64,000 nucleotides of DNA from an uncultured Bacillales bacterium (GCA_946410555.1 CAMKAT010000002.1:45235-109234), one strand, 5' to 3'; shown: positions 9,751-20,151, counted from the stretch's first letter. Numbers and translations are program-made. The notes: generated from the letters alone by a model not told the origin.

Positions 9751-12006
9751 TTAATTTGTCTTTATAGTTACTCCATTATTATTACTTTGATTTAGTTTAT
9801 TAACAGCATCACTATTTTTAACAATAATGGTTGCTCCACTCTTAAAGTTATTTATCACATTATTTGCACTTGTGCTTGAAGTAATATTCATATTTCTTAT
9901 ATCTAAGTAAGATAAATTTCTTACATTACTAAACATTGAGTCCATCTTAGTAACAGTACTTGGATTCCATGTAGATATATTTAAAGAAGTAAGAGCGGCA
10001 TCATTAACAAATAATCCATTGAAATCTGTTACACCACTAACATCAAATCCACTCATATCTAATGATTCAAGTTTAAAGCAGTTAGTAAATGCATTAAACA
10101 TTTCTGTAATATGTGGATTCCAATTACTAAAGTTTATTGATTTTAAGTTTTTACATTCACGGAATGTTCCCCACATTGAATATATTTTAGATGTATTCCA
10201 TCCAGATAAATCAAGTGATTCAAGTGATTCATCTCCTTGGAACATACCAGCAATCATTTCAACATTCTCAGTATTAAAGTTTCCAAAGTTAATACTCTTT
10301 AAATTCTTCATATCAGAGAATAAATATTTAGAAATTTTTGGAGCATAAATAATACCCTCGCAACTAATTGTTAAGTTATAAGTATCTCCACCTGCAGATG
10401 TTAAATAACCAATTACTGAATTATCTTGTAAAGCTGATAAATCCCATTTCTTTACCGCATTTCCTGGGATGCTACCACCTTTTACAAAATTAATAGACAC
10501 TATTTTATCTCTCCATTCAGAAGCTCTATAGGTTTCAGTTGATTCATCTTCCCTATTTTCAATTAATAATGAATCCTTAACATCAAAATGTTTTTCAGCG
10601 AGAACATCTTTTAATAAGAATCCTGTTTCATTAAGTATTGAATCTGGCAAATCATTTCTCCATGTACCACGAGTAGCAATTCCATATCTATCTCCACCAT
10701 TAAATGTGCTTGATCCAAAGCCAAAGAACATATAACTTAACTTATATTGATTTAAAAGATTAATAAATCTATATACATGAGGTTTTATAATTTCAACTGC
10801 ACCTGAACCGTTTCCTTCAGGTCCCCATTCAGTTACAAACACTGGTAACTTTTTATCTAAAGCATATTTTAATCCATATGTTGTTTTTGCTGTAATTGAT
10901 CTCATGTATAAATGATGTGAATACATTATATTTGAATAATTAAGTGGATCATTTGCTGGGATTGTTAAGTCTTGAGATGCCCCAGGCGAACCTACGAATA
11001 TTACTGCATCAGGAGATATTGCTCTGATAGCAGGTATAATAACGCTTGCATGATTCTTACAATCTTGCCATGTATTTTGAATTTGAGGTTCATTCCATAT
11101 TTCAAACATTACATGTGGATCATTTGGATAAAGTGATGCAATTCTTGTTAATGCTTCCTTACATTTTTCCGTTAATGGATTAGCATCATTAGATGCTGGA
11201 TCCCAGTTAACAATAACATACATATCATTCTTAATTGCAGCATCAATACCAACTTTCATTCCATTTATGTAAGCATCTTCATGACCAATATAAGAAGCCA
11301 TCCATTTAATATTAGCTGTAATAAATAATCTTAATCCATTTGCTCCCCAAGATTTAATTGTTGCAAGAGATTCATTATTTATTTCTCCATGGAATGGATT
11401 ATTAAAATCGTTTTCTCCACCAAGACCACCATTAGAAACACCTTTGATTCTAACTAATCTATTGCTTTTATCACAAAGGTTAGAACCACATACATGTAGT
11501 TGACCTGAATAACCAGTTAGAATACTGTTATTAGATTCTTCTTTAGCTTTTTCTTCGATATATTCTTTTGTTAATTCTTCTTGTGAGACATCTTTTACCT
11601 TTTCTATCGCATCAATAATATTTTTTATTATTCCATTTTTGTCTTTTTTATCTGAATAGTTATAACCTACGACTGTATTTTCACCATCAGTAAGTGTGAC
11701 AAATTCTTTGATTGTATCTCCGATTTTTTTAATAGTAACAAATCCAGAATATTTTCCTGTATCTGCTAATTCTAAATTTGTTTTAACATCATATGTTTTT
11801 ATATCATCACTATTACCATCGACTTCATCTTTTATATATTGTTTTTCTGCTTCAATTACAACTTTATCTGTATATTCTTCAAAAGCTTTTTTCTTAGATT
11901 GATTAACTATATTAAGTATTGCAGGAATCGCAAATATCATGATAAGAGCTAGAACAACTATAACTGCTAAAATTTCAACAAGCGTAAAACCTCTATTCTC
12001 TTTCAT
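9751..12006 (-). CDS. Surface glycoside hydrolase: prepilin-type (class III) signal peptide + GH5 cellulase-family domain + C-terminal DUF285/BspA-like repeats
   Basis: N-terminus MKENRG|FTLVEILAVIVVLALI. GH5 catalytic motifs FEIWNEP and VFVTEWG. The C-terminus has at least 6 repeats of the L.S.D.S.WNTS.V..M..MF type. Confidence 0.7.
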   Translation of the reverse strand: MKENRGFTLVEILAVIVVLALIMIFAIPAILNIVNQSKKKAFEEYTDKVVIEAEKQYIKDEVDGNSDDIKTYDVKTNLELADTGKYSGFVTIKKIGDTIKEFVTLTDGENTVVGYNYSDKKDKNGIIKNIIDAIEKVKDVSQEELTKEYIEEKAKEESNNSILTGYSGQLHVCGSNLCDKSNRLVRIKGVSNGGLGGENDFNNPFHGEINNESLATIKSWGANGLRLFITANIKWMASYIGHEDAYINGMKVGIDAAIKNDMYVIVNWDPASNDANPLTEKCKEALTRIASLYPNDPHVMFEIWNEPQIQNTWQDCKNHASVIIPAIRAISPDAVIFVGSPGASQDLTIPANDPLNYSNIMYSHHLYMRSITAKTTYGLKYALDKKLPVFVTEWGPEGNGSGAVEIIKPHVYRFINLLNQYKLSYMFFGFGSSTFNGGDRYGIATRGTWRNDLPDSILNETGFLLKDVLAEKHFDVKDSLLIENREDESTETYRASEWRDKIVSINFVKGGSIPGNAVKKWDLSALQDNSVIGYLTSAGGDTYNLTISCEGIIYAPKISKYLFSDMKNLKSINFGNFNTENVEMIAGMFQGDESLESLDLSGWNTSKIYSMWGTFRECKNLKSINFSNWNPHITEMFNAFTNCFKLESLDMSGFDVSGVTDFNGLFVNDAALTSLNISTWNPSTVTKMDSMFSNVRNLSYLDIRNMNITSSTSANNVINNFKSGATIIVKNSDAVNKLNQSNNNGVTIKTN

Positions 12007-12043
12007 AGTATCACCATTATTATTTTATCATGAAACAAAAGAA

Positions 12044-12065
12044 AACACACTCGAATGAGTGTGTT
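12044..12065 (-). terminator. Intrinsic terminator after rny
   Basis: AACACACTC-ATTC-GAGTGTGTT hairpin followed by TTCTTTTG on the minus strand, 4 nt after the stop. Confidence 0.7.
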
Positions 12066-12068
12066 ATA

Positions 12069-13628
12069 TTACTTAGCTTCTTCAGTAGCTCTTGTTTCAC
12101 GAATAACTGTAATCTTAATAGTTCCTGGATATTGCATTTCAGATTCAATTTGATTTTTGATATCTCTAGCAATCTTCATTGATTTTAAGTCATCAATTTG
12201 ATCTGGTTTAACAATTACTCTGATTTCTCTACCAGCTTGCATTGCATAAGATTTTTCTACTCCTTCATAAGAGTTTCCAATCTTTTCAAGTTGTTCTAAT
12301 CTTTCAATGTATTTTTCCATTGAATCATTTCTAGCACCAGGTCTACTTGCGCTCATTGTATCAGCAATTTGAACAAGTACTGCGATAACTGATTCTTGTT
12401 CAGCATCTCCATGGTGAGATGCAATTGAATTAACAACCACTTTATCTTCATGATATTTCTTAGCTAAATCTACACCGATTTCAACATGTGAACCTTCAGT
12501 TTCGAAATCAATTGCTTTTCCAATATCATGTAATAATCCTGCACGTTTTGCTAAGTTAACATTTTCACCAAGTTCGCCAGCCATGATTCCACATAGGTTA
12601 GCAACTTCGATTGAATGTTGTAGAGCATTTTGTCCATAACTAGTTCTGAAGTTTAATTTACCAATAATATGAACTAATTCTGGATCAATCTTTGAAATAC
12701 CAAGTTCATAAATTGCTTCTTTACCAATTTCAGTAACTTTAGTATTCATTTCTTTACAAACTTTATCATAGATTTCTTCAATTCTAGTTGGATGAATTCT
12801 TCCATCTTTAATTAAAGTTTCAATAGTTTGTTTTGCAATTTCTCTTCTGAATGGATCAAAAGATGAAATTGTAATAGCTTCAGGTGTGTCATCAATAATT
12901 AAATCAACACCAGTAACTGCTTCGATTGTATGAATATTTCTACCTTCCCTACCAATTAATCTTCCTTTCATATCATCACTAGTAAGTGCAATTGTAGATG
13001 TAGTAGATAAATTTGTTACATCATTTGCATATTTTTCCATTGAGCTAACTAACATATCTTTAGCTTTAGCATCAATTTCAAGTTTAGCTTCAGCTTCCAT
13101 GTCTTTGATATATTCTGCTATTTCAACTTCCATTTCAGCTTCTACTCTTTGCATGATTAAGTCATGCGCTTTTTCTTTGGAAAATTTAGCAATCTTTTCT
13201 AATTTTTCCATTTCTTCTTTCATAAGTTCGTCCATCTTATTTTCTTTTTCTTGGACCTTTTTTTGTAAAGCATTTAAATTATCATTTTTTTGTTCTAGTT
13301 GAGCATCACGATTTTGAAGCATTTCTTCTCTTTTATCTAAAGATTTTTCTCTTTGTAATAATCTATCTTCAGATTCTTTAATTTCTTCTTTTCTTTCTTT
13401 TACTTCTTTATCAGTTTCTTGCTTCAACTTATAGCTTTCTTGCTTTAGTTCTGCAAGTGAATCCCTTTTATATTTTTCCGCTTCCTTTTTAGCATTGTTT
13501 AATAATTTTTCAGCTTTTTTACCAGCTCCAAAGCCAGTAACTACAACTAATATAAGTGCAAGTACGATACCTGCAATTAATCCAAGTAATCCGAAAACTA
13601 ATGACGAACCATTCATGGCCATTATCAT
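12069..13628 (-). CDS. rny: Ribonuclease Y
   Basis: N-terminal TM helix, long K/E coiled coil, KH domain ([11 protein letters not shown]) and HD domain (GLLHDIGKA). RBS AAAGGAG. Confidence 0.95.
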   Translation of the reverse strand: MIMAMNGSSLVFGLLGLIAGIVLALILVVVTGFGAGKKAEKLLNNAKKEAEKYKRDSLAELKQESYKLKQETDKEVKERKEEIKESEDRLLQREKSLDKREEMLQNRDAQLEQKNDNLNALQKKVQEKENKMDELMKEEMEKLEKIAKFSKEKAHDLIMQRVEAEMEVEIAEYIKDMEAEAKLEIDAKAKDMLVSSMEKYANDVTNLSTTSTIALTSDDMKGRLIGREGRNIHTIEAVTGVDLIIDDTPEAITISSFDPFRREIAKQTIETLIKDGRIHPTRIEEIYDKVCKEMNTKVTEIGKEAIYELGISKIDPELVHIIGKLNFRTSYGQNALQHSIEVANLCGIMAGELGENVNLAKRAGLLHDIGKAIDFETEGSHVEIGVDLAKKYHEDKVVVNSIASHHGDAEQESVIAVLVQIADTMSASRPGARNDSMEKYIERLEQLEKIGNSYEGVEKSYAMQAGREIRVIVKPDQIDDLKSMKIARDIKNQIESEMQYPGTIKITVIRETRATEEAK

Positions 13629-13740
13629 TATTTTTCTCTCCTTTATACATCTAATAGAATATTAATCAATATTAACCTTCTATATTTAAATTATAGTTTA
13701 TAAGACAATCTTTTACAACAAAAAAATGAAATCAGAGATT

Positions 13741-14115
13741 TCACTTTTCATTTTTAATTTTAAGATAATTATTAAATAGTACAACTAATATTCCATTAAT
13801 GAAATTAGCATATGTTACAAATCTAAATGATATTAAATAAAACATTACAAATAAATGTATAATAAAGTATCTATTAACAAAATTAAAATGTTTTTTTTCA
13901 GGAGTTAATGCAATTAGATGTACTGCAATTATTAAGAATACATAAACTGCTATTTCATAAGGTAGTACATGTCCAAATGTTACACCTGCTTTTACATACT
14001 CTTCTCCTTTTAAAGTATTAAACAATAAATAAATAAAAATTCCTTCAATTATTGTCATTAAAACCATAACAATTATAGATAATATTTTCTTACTCATACG
14101 CTTCACCTTTTTCAT
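13741..14115 (-). CDS. Small 3-4 TM membrane protein, unknown function
   Basis: 124-aa hydrophobic ORF between recA and rny. Confidence 0.5.
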   Translation of the reverse strand: MKKVKRMSKKILSIIVMVLMTIIEGIFIYLLFNTLKGEEYVKAGVTFGHVLPYEIAVYVFLIIAVHLIALTPEKKHFNFVNRYFIIHLFVMFYLISFRFVTYANFINGILVVLFNNYLKIKNEK

Positions 14116-14136
14116 TATATCATAAAAGGTGAAAAA

Positions 14137-15150
14137 TTACTTTTCACCTTCATTTAAAATATTATAATGTTCACGAACTTTATAGTCAATTTCAGCTGCT
14201 ATGTCAGGATTATTTCTTAAGAAGATCTTAGTATTTTCTTTTCCTTGTCCAATTTTCTCCCCATTGTACGAATACCATGCTCCAGATTTATTGATAATAT
14301 CAATATCTGATGCTAAATCTATAAGTTCTCCTTCATAAGAAATTCCTTCACCATACATCATATCAACAGTTGCTGATTTAAATGGTGGAGCCATTTTGTT
14401 TTTAACAACTTTAACAGTAGTTCTGTTACCAATAACAGAATCTCCCATTTTAATTTGTTCTCCTCTTCTTACATCTAAACGAATTGATGCATAGAATTTT
14501 AATGCACGTCCACCAGTAGTAGTTTCTGGATTGCCAAACATAACTCCAACTTTTTCTCTTAATTGATTAATAAAAATTGCTATAGTATTTGTTTTATTAA
14601 TAATACCTGCAAGCTTACGTAATGCTTGAGACATAAGACGAGCTTGTAAACCTACATGATTATCACCCATCTCACCTTCGATTTCAGCTTGAGGTACAAG
14701 TGCTGCTACTGAATCAATTACAACAATTTGAACGGCATTTGAACGCACTAAAGCTTCACAAATTTCTAAAGCTTGTTCACCCGTGTCTGGTTGAGAAAGT
14801 AAAAGCTCATTAATATCTACACCTAAGGCTTTTGCATAAACAGGATCAAGTGCATGTTCTGCATCAATAAATGCTGCTCTTCCTCCAGTCTTTTGTACTT
14901 CAGCTACAGCTTGTAAAGCAATTGTAGTCTTACCACTTGATTCAGGTCCATATACTTCTATAATTCTTCCCTTTGGAAATCCACCAACTCCTAAAGCAAC
15001 ATCTAAACTTAAAGATCCAGTAGAAATTGTTTCTATTTCCATATGAGACTCATCACCGAGTTTCATAATAGCACCTTTACCAAATTGTTTTTCAATCTCG
15101 GCCATTACTTCTTCAAGCGCTTTATCTTCTTTAATATCACTTTTTTTCAT
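14137..15150 (-). CDS. recA: Recombinase RecA
   Basis: Motifs [22 protein letters not shown], Walker [10 protein letters not shown] and [28 protein letters not shown]. Start set to ATG 15150 (MKKSDIKE...). Confidence 0.97.
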   Translation of the reverse strand: MKKSDIKEDKALEEVMAEIEKQFGKGAIMKLGDESHMEIETISTGSLSLDVALGVGGFPKGRIIEVYGPESSGKTTIALQAVAEVQKTGGRAAFIDAEHALDPVYAKALGVDINELLLSQPDTGEQALEICEALVRSNAVQIVVIDSVAALVPQAEIEGEMGDNHVGLQARLMSQALRKLAGIINKTNTIAIFINQLREKVGVMFGNPETTTGGRALKFYASIRLDVRRGEQIKMGDSVIGNRTTVKVVKNKMAPPFKSATVDMMYGEGISYEGELIDLASDIDIINKSGAWYSYNGEKIGQGKENTKIFLRNNPDIAAEIDYKVREHYNILNEGEK

Positions 15151-15185
15151 ATTGTACTCCTTTGTTTGATCTTCCTTACATAATA

Positions 15186-15215
15186 ATTGTATCAAAATAA
15201 AATCTTAAAAGTCAA
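15186..15215 (-). promoter_or_regulatory. Candidate sigma-A promoter for recA
   Basis: TTGACT - 18 nt - TACAAT on the minus strand, about 35 nt upstream of the recA start. Confidence 0.45.
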
Positions 15216-15252
15216 GAAAAAATCAAACAAGTGTACGAATATTAATTTTTAA

Positions 15253-15287
15253 CATAAAAAAAGTAGAATTATTTAAATTCTACTTTT
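15253..15287 (-). terminator. Intrinsic terminator overlapping the pgsA stop
   Basis: AAAAGTAGAAT / ATTCTACTTTT 11-bp stem followed by a T-run on the minus strand. Confidence 0.6.
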
Positions 15288-15870
15288 CTTTAAATGCATC
15301 TTTATTAACTGAATAGTATTGAATTCCACTTACAATTGAAAGAATTGTTGCTGCATAAACTAAACCTTTTGCAACTTGAATACCAATTAATTCAAATGGA
15401 AGATTTCCAAAGAATACTAAAGTTAATCCTGACATCATACAAATTGTTTTAAGTTTACCTAAGATTGAAGCACCAACTGCATGTCCACTTTGACCTGCAA
15501 CCATTTTAATTGAATCAACTGCAATATCTCTTGTAATAATAATTACAGGAACTACTACACTAATCATTCCGTTACATGCAAGAACAATTAAGATTCCATT
15601 AACTAACATTTTATCTGCAATTGCATCCATTACTTTACCGAAGTCAGTAACTAGATTTCTACTTCTTGCAATATGTCCATCTAATGAATCTGTTAGAGAT
15701 GCTATTAAGAAAATTACACCTCCAATAATATATTTAAGTTCTAATGTAACTTTTCCAATTAAATATTTAGGTAATTCTATACCACATAAATCAAATGGAA
15801 AAATTAAAAATACAATTAATAATATAGATAATACTATACGTGCCATTGTAATCTTATTTGGTAAATTCAT
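15280..15870 (-). CDS. pgsA: CDP-diacylglycerol--glycerol-3-phosphate 3-phosphatidyltransferase
   Basis: CDP-alcohol phosphatidyltransferase motif DSLDGHIARSRNLVTDFGKVMDAIADK. Multi-TM protein positioned between rodZ and recA as in Bacillus. Confidence 0.9.
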   Translation of the reverse strand: MNLPNKITMARIVLSILLIVFLIFPFDLCGIELPKYLIGKVTLELKYIIGGVIFLIASLTDSLDGHIARSRNLVTDFGKVMDAIADKMLVNGILIVLACNGMISVVVPVIIITRDIAVDSIKMVAGQSGHAVGASILGKLKTICMMSGLTLVFFGNLPFELIGIQVAKGLVYAATILSIVSGIQYYSVNKDAFKEK

Positions 15871-15882
15871 ATCCCATTCCTC

Positions 15883-16362
15883 CTATTCTGTATAATAACT
15901 CAATACATCAGTACTGTTATTACCAACTGTTATTTGTGATACACTCCACCATATAGCAAGTACTACTAGTATAAATACTACTAAAGTAATAATAATATAT
16001 GGAAGTGTTTTTTCCTTAGGAAATGCGCGTGTATAAGGAGATGCAATTCTATCTGGATCATCAACTTCAGATTTAGAATTTTCCTTAATAGCAGCTACTA
16101 TTTCTTGTGAAGGAATTTTACTTGTATGATCAAACATATATTCATTAAATTCTTTAATTACTTTATCAGTGTCATATCCTAAATACTTAGCATAATCAAC
16201 TAAATATCTTTTAAGCACATAGATATCCTCAAATGAGCCTAATGTACCAGCTTCAATTTGCTCAAGGGCAATTACTGGAATATTAATATCATTAGATACT
16301 TCTTCTAGTGAAATACCTGCTGATTTTCTTAACCCCATTAATATTTCTCCTGTCTTATGCAA
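15883..16362 (-). CDS. rodZ: RodZ-like cytoskeleton protein (XRE-type HTH + single TM)
   Basis: HTH GEILMGLRKSAGISLEEVSNDINIPVIALEQIEAG followed by a TM helix. Sits immediately upstream of pgsA. Start proposed at TTG 16362, 8 nt after AAGGAG (alternative ATG 16338). The longer track ORF runs into rnpB. Confidence 0.65.
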   Translation of the reverse strand: MHKTGEILMGLRKSAGISLEEVSNDINIPVIALEQIEAGTLGSFEDIYVLKRYLVDYAKYLGYDTDKVIKEFNEYMFDHTSKIPSQEIVAAIKENSKSEVDDPDRIASPYTRAFPKEKTLPYIIITLVVFILVVLAIWWSVSQITVGNNSTDVLSYYTE

Positions 16363-16395
16363 AAGAAACCACTCCTTAATATTAATATAAAAAAA

Positions 16396-16737
16396 GAATA
16401 ATCTTATAAGCCATGTTCTGTACCTCTTACGAGGCGGTAAACATTTATCTAGCATTACTGCTCCTTATCTCCCTTATCATTCGTTCAATAAGACTCTCCT
16501 ACCAAAATTTGGATTTCTCACTTGCGGGGCTTACCACGTTCCACCTTAACCGTTTCCAGTTAAGCTCGTCTCTTTGGCGCTTTATGGCTACTATAACCAT
16601 GGTTAGGTTATCTCGCCGCCGTCAGTCTTACAACTGCCTAGGTTTTATCCTAGCACAAACACTACTTTCATCACAGAAAGTGTGAGCATGGACTTTCCTC
16701 AACACATATTTCAGCGCAGCGTTTACCCAGATTATTC
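16396..16737 (-). ncRNA. rnpB: RNase P RNA (bacterial, Firmicutes type-B-like)
   Basis: The minus strand carries GAGGAAAGTCCATGCTC (CR-I) and ACAGAACATGGCTTA (CR-V). P1 pairs GAATAATCT with AGATTATTC. The region is GC-enriched, has no real ORF and ends in a T-run. Confidence 0.9.
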
Positions 16738-17070
16738 GTCTTTTCCGTATACTGTTTTTTCTAGATTTGAAATTCTCTTAAGAAGGTCAATATTATTGTA
16801 ATTAGCATTTGGACCTGCTTGAGAAGTTTGTCTAGCTGAATCAATAATATTTTTCATCTTCATATTATCTGCTCTTAATTTTTCTTTATCTTCTTTTAAT
16901 TGAGCATTTTCAAGTTGAAGTTTTTTAATAATATTAATAAATCCAGTATAATCTCTTATTATCATATCAAGATATTTATCTACTTCTTGAGGTCTATAAC
17001 CCATAGGATCTCTTTTAAAATCTTTATTTAAAATATCTTGAGGTGTTAAATAGATTTTCTCATTATACAT
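16732..17070 (-). CDS. gpsB: Cell-cycle protein GpsB (DivIVA-domain)
   Basis: LTPQDILNKDFKRDPMGYRPQEVDKYLDMIIRDY plus a C-terminal coiled coil. Confidence 0.85.
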   Translation of the reverse strand: MYNEKIYLTPQDILNKDFKRDPMGYRPQEVDKYLDMIIRDYTGFINIIKKLQLENAQLKEDKEKLRADNMKMKNIIDSARQTSQAGPNANYNNIDLLKRISNLEKTVYGKDE

Positions 17071-17134
17071 ATATCTCTTTCCCTTCTTACATGGTTTATT
17101 TTAATCTTAATTCACGTCTTTGTCAATTAAACCA

Positions 17135-18841
17135 CTAATTTATATCATAATAGCTAAGTATAGAATCAGCGATTGTTTCTGCTATTTTTTCACGATTATT
17201 TATAATAAATTTAGCATCTGTTTCATTATCATGATATCCAAGTTCTACCATTAGAGATAACATATTACCCTTTTCAATTGTGTTAGATCCTTTGATATTA
17301 TTTGAATACATAAGTTTAGATTCTTTTAATTTATTTAAATTACTATTAATTATATTAGATAAACTATAACTATTTGATGAACTGTTAGTTATAATTGTTT
17401 GAATTCCTGACTTATCATGTGAATCACTTGATGTAGTTTCTAGTGAAACAAGTAAATCAATATTATTGTATTCACACTCACTTAGAATATTACTATATGA
17501 AGATAAATAATCATTTCTATATACTTTAATATTCTTTGAAGTAAGTTTCTTTTCAATAAGATCACTTACTAAGTTCATTTCTTTTCTTTCATTAGTATAT
17601 GGAGTAACTCCAATATTAAAGTATTGATTAGAAGATGCTAAATATACACTTACATCTTTTTTATTTATCTTTAATTCATAAGTTTTAACATCAGAATGAA
17701 TATCTTTATTAATTACTACAGTTTTAAGTGTAGTATTTTCATTTATAGTAATTGGACTTGAATAAACTAATCCACCATTTAATGGATCTGTTCCATCAAC
17801 TGTGTAATAAATAGTTCCTTCATTAGTTGAATAAAGTTCTATTTTTTCACCCTTAGTTAAATGGTTGATATCTTTACTTACATATACTGGAGAAACTACA
17901 GATTCAACTTTAAACATAGTTAATGCTTTAGTTGAGTATTCTCCTAGATAAGCATTAACATTAATAGTATACATACCATCTTTAAAGATAGACTTATCAA
18001 TTAATACTTCGTTTTCTTCAGTACTAGTAGTAGCTATTACATTTCCACTACTATTAACAATTTGTATCTCATATCTTTCAGCCCATGTTAAATCTTTAAA
18101 TTTAAGATAGATTTCGTTAAGCTCTACTGTTGAACCATTTTCTGGACTAATTACCTCAGGAGTTTCTTGAGGATACATATTATTATAAAGTTTTACTGTA
18201 TCTATTAAAGTTTCATTTTTAAGAAGTTCTACTACTAACTCTACTTTTTCATCTTTGAAGTATGATTCATTGATTTCATATACATCACTAGTAATAATAT
18301 CTTCTTTAATTAGTTTATTTTCTATTAATGTATTATTATCATCATATTTATTCTTAGTTAATTTAATAGAATAATTCTTAGTATCTACAAGTCTAGATAA
18401 ATAAATATAAGTAGTTTCATTATTTAAGAAGTTATTACTATCTTTAGTTAGATATACTTCTTTTTGATAGTTAAACTCATATGTATTATTAGCTTTTCTA
18501 GATTCATCTTTTTTATTATAAGCATATACATCTAATTTATATGTTTCATTTTCTTGAATGAATCCAAAATCTTGAGTAAATTCATTTTTATCTATTTTCT
18601 TTTTATATAATAATTCATCTTTAGAATCATGAATTTCTACAATATAGTATTTAGAAGCTCTTACTTTATCAAAAGATATAGTAAAAGATGTATCTATAGT
18701 ATTTATTACACTATTTATATTAAAACCAGTTAGTATTGGAAAAATACCACTATAAAGAATAATAAATGCTAGTAAAAATACGACAGCTAATATAGAAACT
18801 AGTACTGCAGAAACTTTAATCATTCTTTTCACTTTTATCAA
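17135..18841 (-). CDS. Membrane-anchored cell-wall protein: Ig/Fn3-like repeats, chitobiase-C-like module and a C-terminal amidase_3-like domain with non-canonical motifs
   Basis: N-terminal TM helix; GTIYYTVDGTDPLNGGLVYSSPITINENTTL; C-terminal VYLASSNQYFN...LLVSLETTSS...LMVELGYHDNETDAKFI. The true start may be ATG 18823. Confidence 0.5.
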   Translation of the reverse strand: MIKVKRMIKVSAVLVSILAVVFLLAFIILYSGIFPILTGFNINSVINTIDTSFTISFDKVRASKYYIVEIHDSKDELLYKKKIDKNEFTQDFGFIQENETYKLDVYAYNKKDESRKANNTYEFNYQKEVYLTKDSNNFLNNETTYIYLSRLVDTKNYSIKLTKNKYDDNNTLIENKLIKEDIITSDVYEINESYFKDEKVELVVELLKNETLIDTVKLYNNMYPQETPEVISPENGSTVELNEIYLKFKDLTWAERYEIQIVNSSGNVIATTSTEENEVLIDKSIFKDGMYTINVNAYLGEYSTKALTMFKVESVVSPVYVSKDINHLTKGEKIELYSTNEGTIYYTVDGTDPLNGGLVYSSPITINENTTLKTVVINKDIHSDVKTYELKINKKDVSVYLASSNQYFNIGVTPYTNERKEMNLVSDLIEKKLTSKNIKVYRNDYLSSYSNILSECEYNNIDLLVSLETTSSDSHDKSGIQTIITNSSSNSYSLSNIINSNLNKLKESKLMYSNNIKGSNTIEKGNMLSLMVELGYHDNETDAKFIINNREKIAETIADSILSYYDIN

Positions 18842-18866
18842 CCCTTTTATTATTTTAATAATAGCA

Positions 18867-20090
18867 TTATTTAATTAATTTTTCTACAGCCTTCTTAATA
18901 GAAAGTTTTCCATAATTGTATGTTAAACTTCCTTGTTGGTAAGCGATGAATGGAGGTCTGATTGGTCCATCACAAGAAAGTTCAATTGAAGAACCTTGTG
19001 TGAAGCATCCAGCAGCCATTATTACTTGATCGTCATATCCTGGCATATCCCATGGAATTGGAGTTACATGTGAATCAACTGGAGATGATGCTTGAATACC
19101 TTCAACATATTTAATTAAATCATCTTTATTACCAAATTCAATATTTTGAACAATGTCTGCTCTTATTTCATTATATTTAGGACTAACTTTATAATTAAGT
19201 TTTTCTAATGCATAAGAAGTAAGAATTGCAGTCTTTAAAGAAGAAGCTACTACTGAAGGTGCTAAATATAAACCTTGATATAAACTTTTGTTTATTCCTA
19301 AAGTTGGACCTACTTCTCTACCTTCACCTGGTAAAGATAATCTTTCAGCAACTAAATCAACTAATTTTTTAGAACCAACTACATAAGCTCCGTTTGGTGC
19401 AATTCCTCCTCCTAAGTTTTTAATCAAAGAACCAACACAAATATCACAACCTACTTCGATCGGATTCTTTTCTTCAACAAATTCACAATAGCAGTTATCA
19501 ACCATGATAATAGTTTCAGGTGATACTTCTTTAATTAGTTTAGCAACATTTGCAACTTTATCTATAGTAATAGATTTTCTAGTTGAGTATCCTTTAGATC
19601 TTTGAATTTCAATTACTTTAACTTTATTATTAGTTAAATATTCCTTGATAGCATCATAATTAAAATCATCATTAACTAAATCAATTTGAGAATATTTAAT
19701 TCCAAATGATTTTAAACTTGAACCATTTTCTTTAATGCCAATTACTTCATGTAATGTATCATATGGAAGTCCTGAGATAGATAATAGTTCATCTCCAGGT
19801 CTAAGTAAACCAAAGAATGTAACATTTAATGCATGAGATCCTGAGATAAATTGACTTCTTACTAATGCAGATTCAGCATTAAATACATCAGCATAAATAC
19901 TTTCTAAAGTATCTCTACCTAAATCACTATATCCATATCCAGTAGTAGAATTAAAACATGCTTCTTGAACATTATTCTTATGAAATGCATTCATAACTTT
20001 TTCACTATAAATAGCTTCAATTCTATCTACTTTTTTAAATTCTTCTTGTAATGCGTTTTCAGCTTCTATAAATAAATTATTAAGATCCAT
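18867..20090 (-). CDS. PLP-dependent aluminum-resistance / methionine gamma-lyase family protein (YnbB-like)
   Basis: The whole length resembles the YnbB family (..GYGYSDLGRDTLE.., ..GSLIKNLGGGIAPNGAYV..). Start set at ATG 20090 (MDLNNLF). Confidence 0.75.
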   Translation of the reverse strand: MDLNNLFIEAENALQEEFKKVDRIEAIYSEKVMNAFHKNNVQEACFNSTTGYGYSDLGRDTLESIYADVFNAESALVRSQFISGSHALNVTFFGLLRPGDELLSISGLPYDTLHEVIGIKENGSSLKSFGIKYSQIDLVNDDFNYDAIKEYLTNNKVKVIEIQRSKGYSTRKSITIDKVANVAKLIKEVSPETIIMVDNCYCEFVEEKNPIEVGCDICVGSLIKNLGGGIAPNGAYVVGSKKLVDLVAERLSLPGEGREVGPTLGINKSLYQGLYLAPSVVASSLKTAILTSYALEKLNYKVSPKYNEIRADIVQNIEFGNKDDLIKYVEGIQASSPVDSHVTPIPWDMPGYDDQVIMAAGCFTQGSSIELSCDGPIRPPFIAYQQGSLTYNYGKLSIKKAVEKLIK

Positions 20091-20151
20091 AATAATCCCT
20101 CTTTTCGTTCGTATTATACAATAAAAAGGCATCTTTGTCATAAAGATGCTC

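Noticed and set aside
15224-15238. Possible LexA/Cheo box upstream of recA (minus strand TCGTACACTTGTTTG)
   Set aside because: It matches the GAAC-N4-GTTC core at only 6 of 8 positions and lies upstream of the -35 element. This is not enough to call.
16413-16685. 90-aa plus-strand ORF in the track
   Set aside because: It lies entirely antisense within the RNase P RNA gene. Its GC-rich, Arg/Leu/Ser-rich translation is typical of an artefact.
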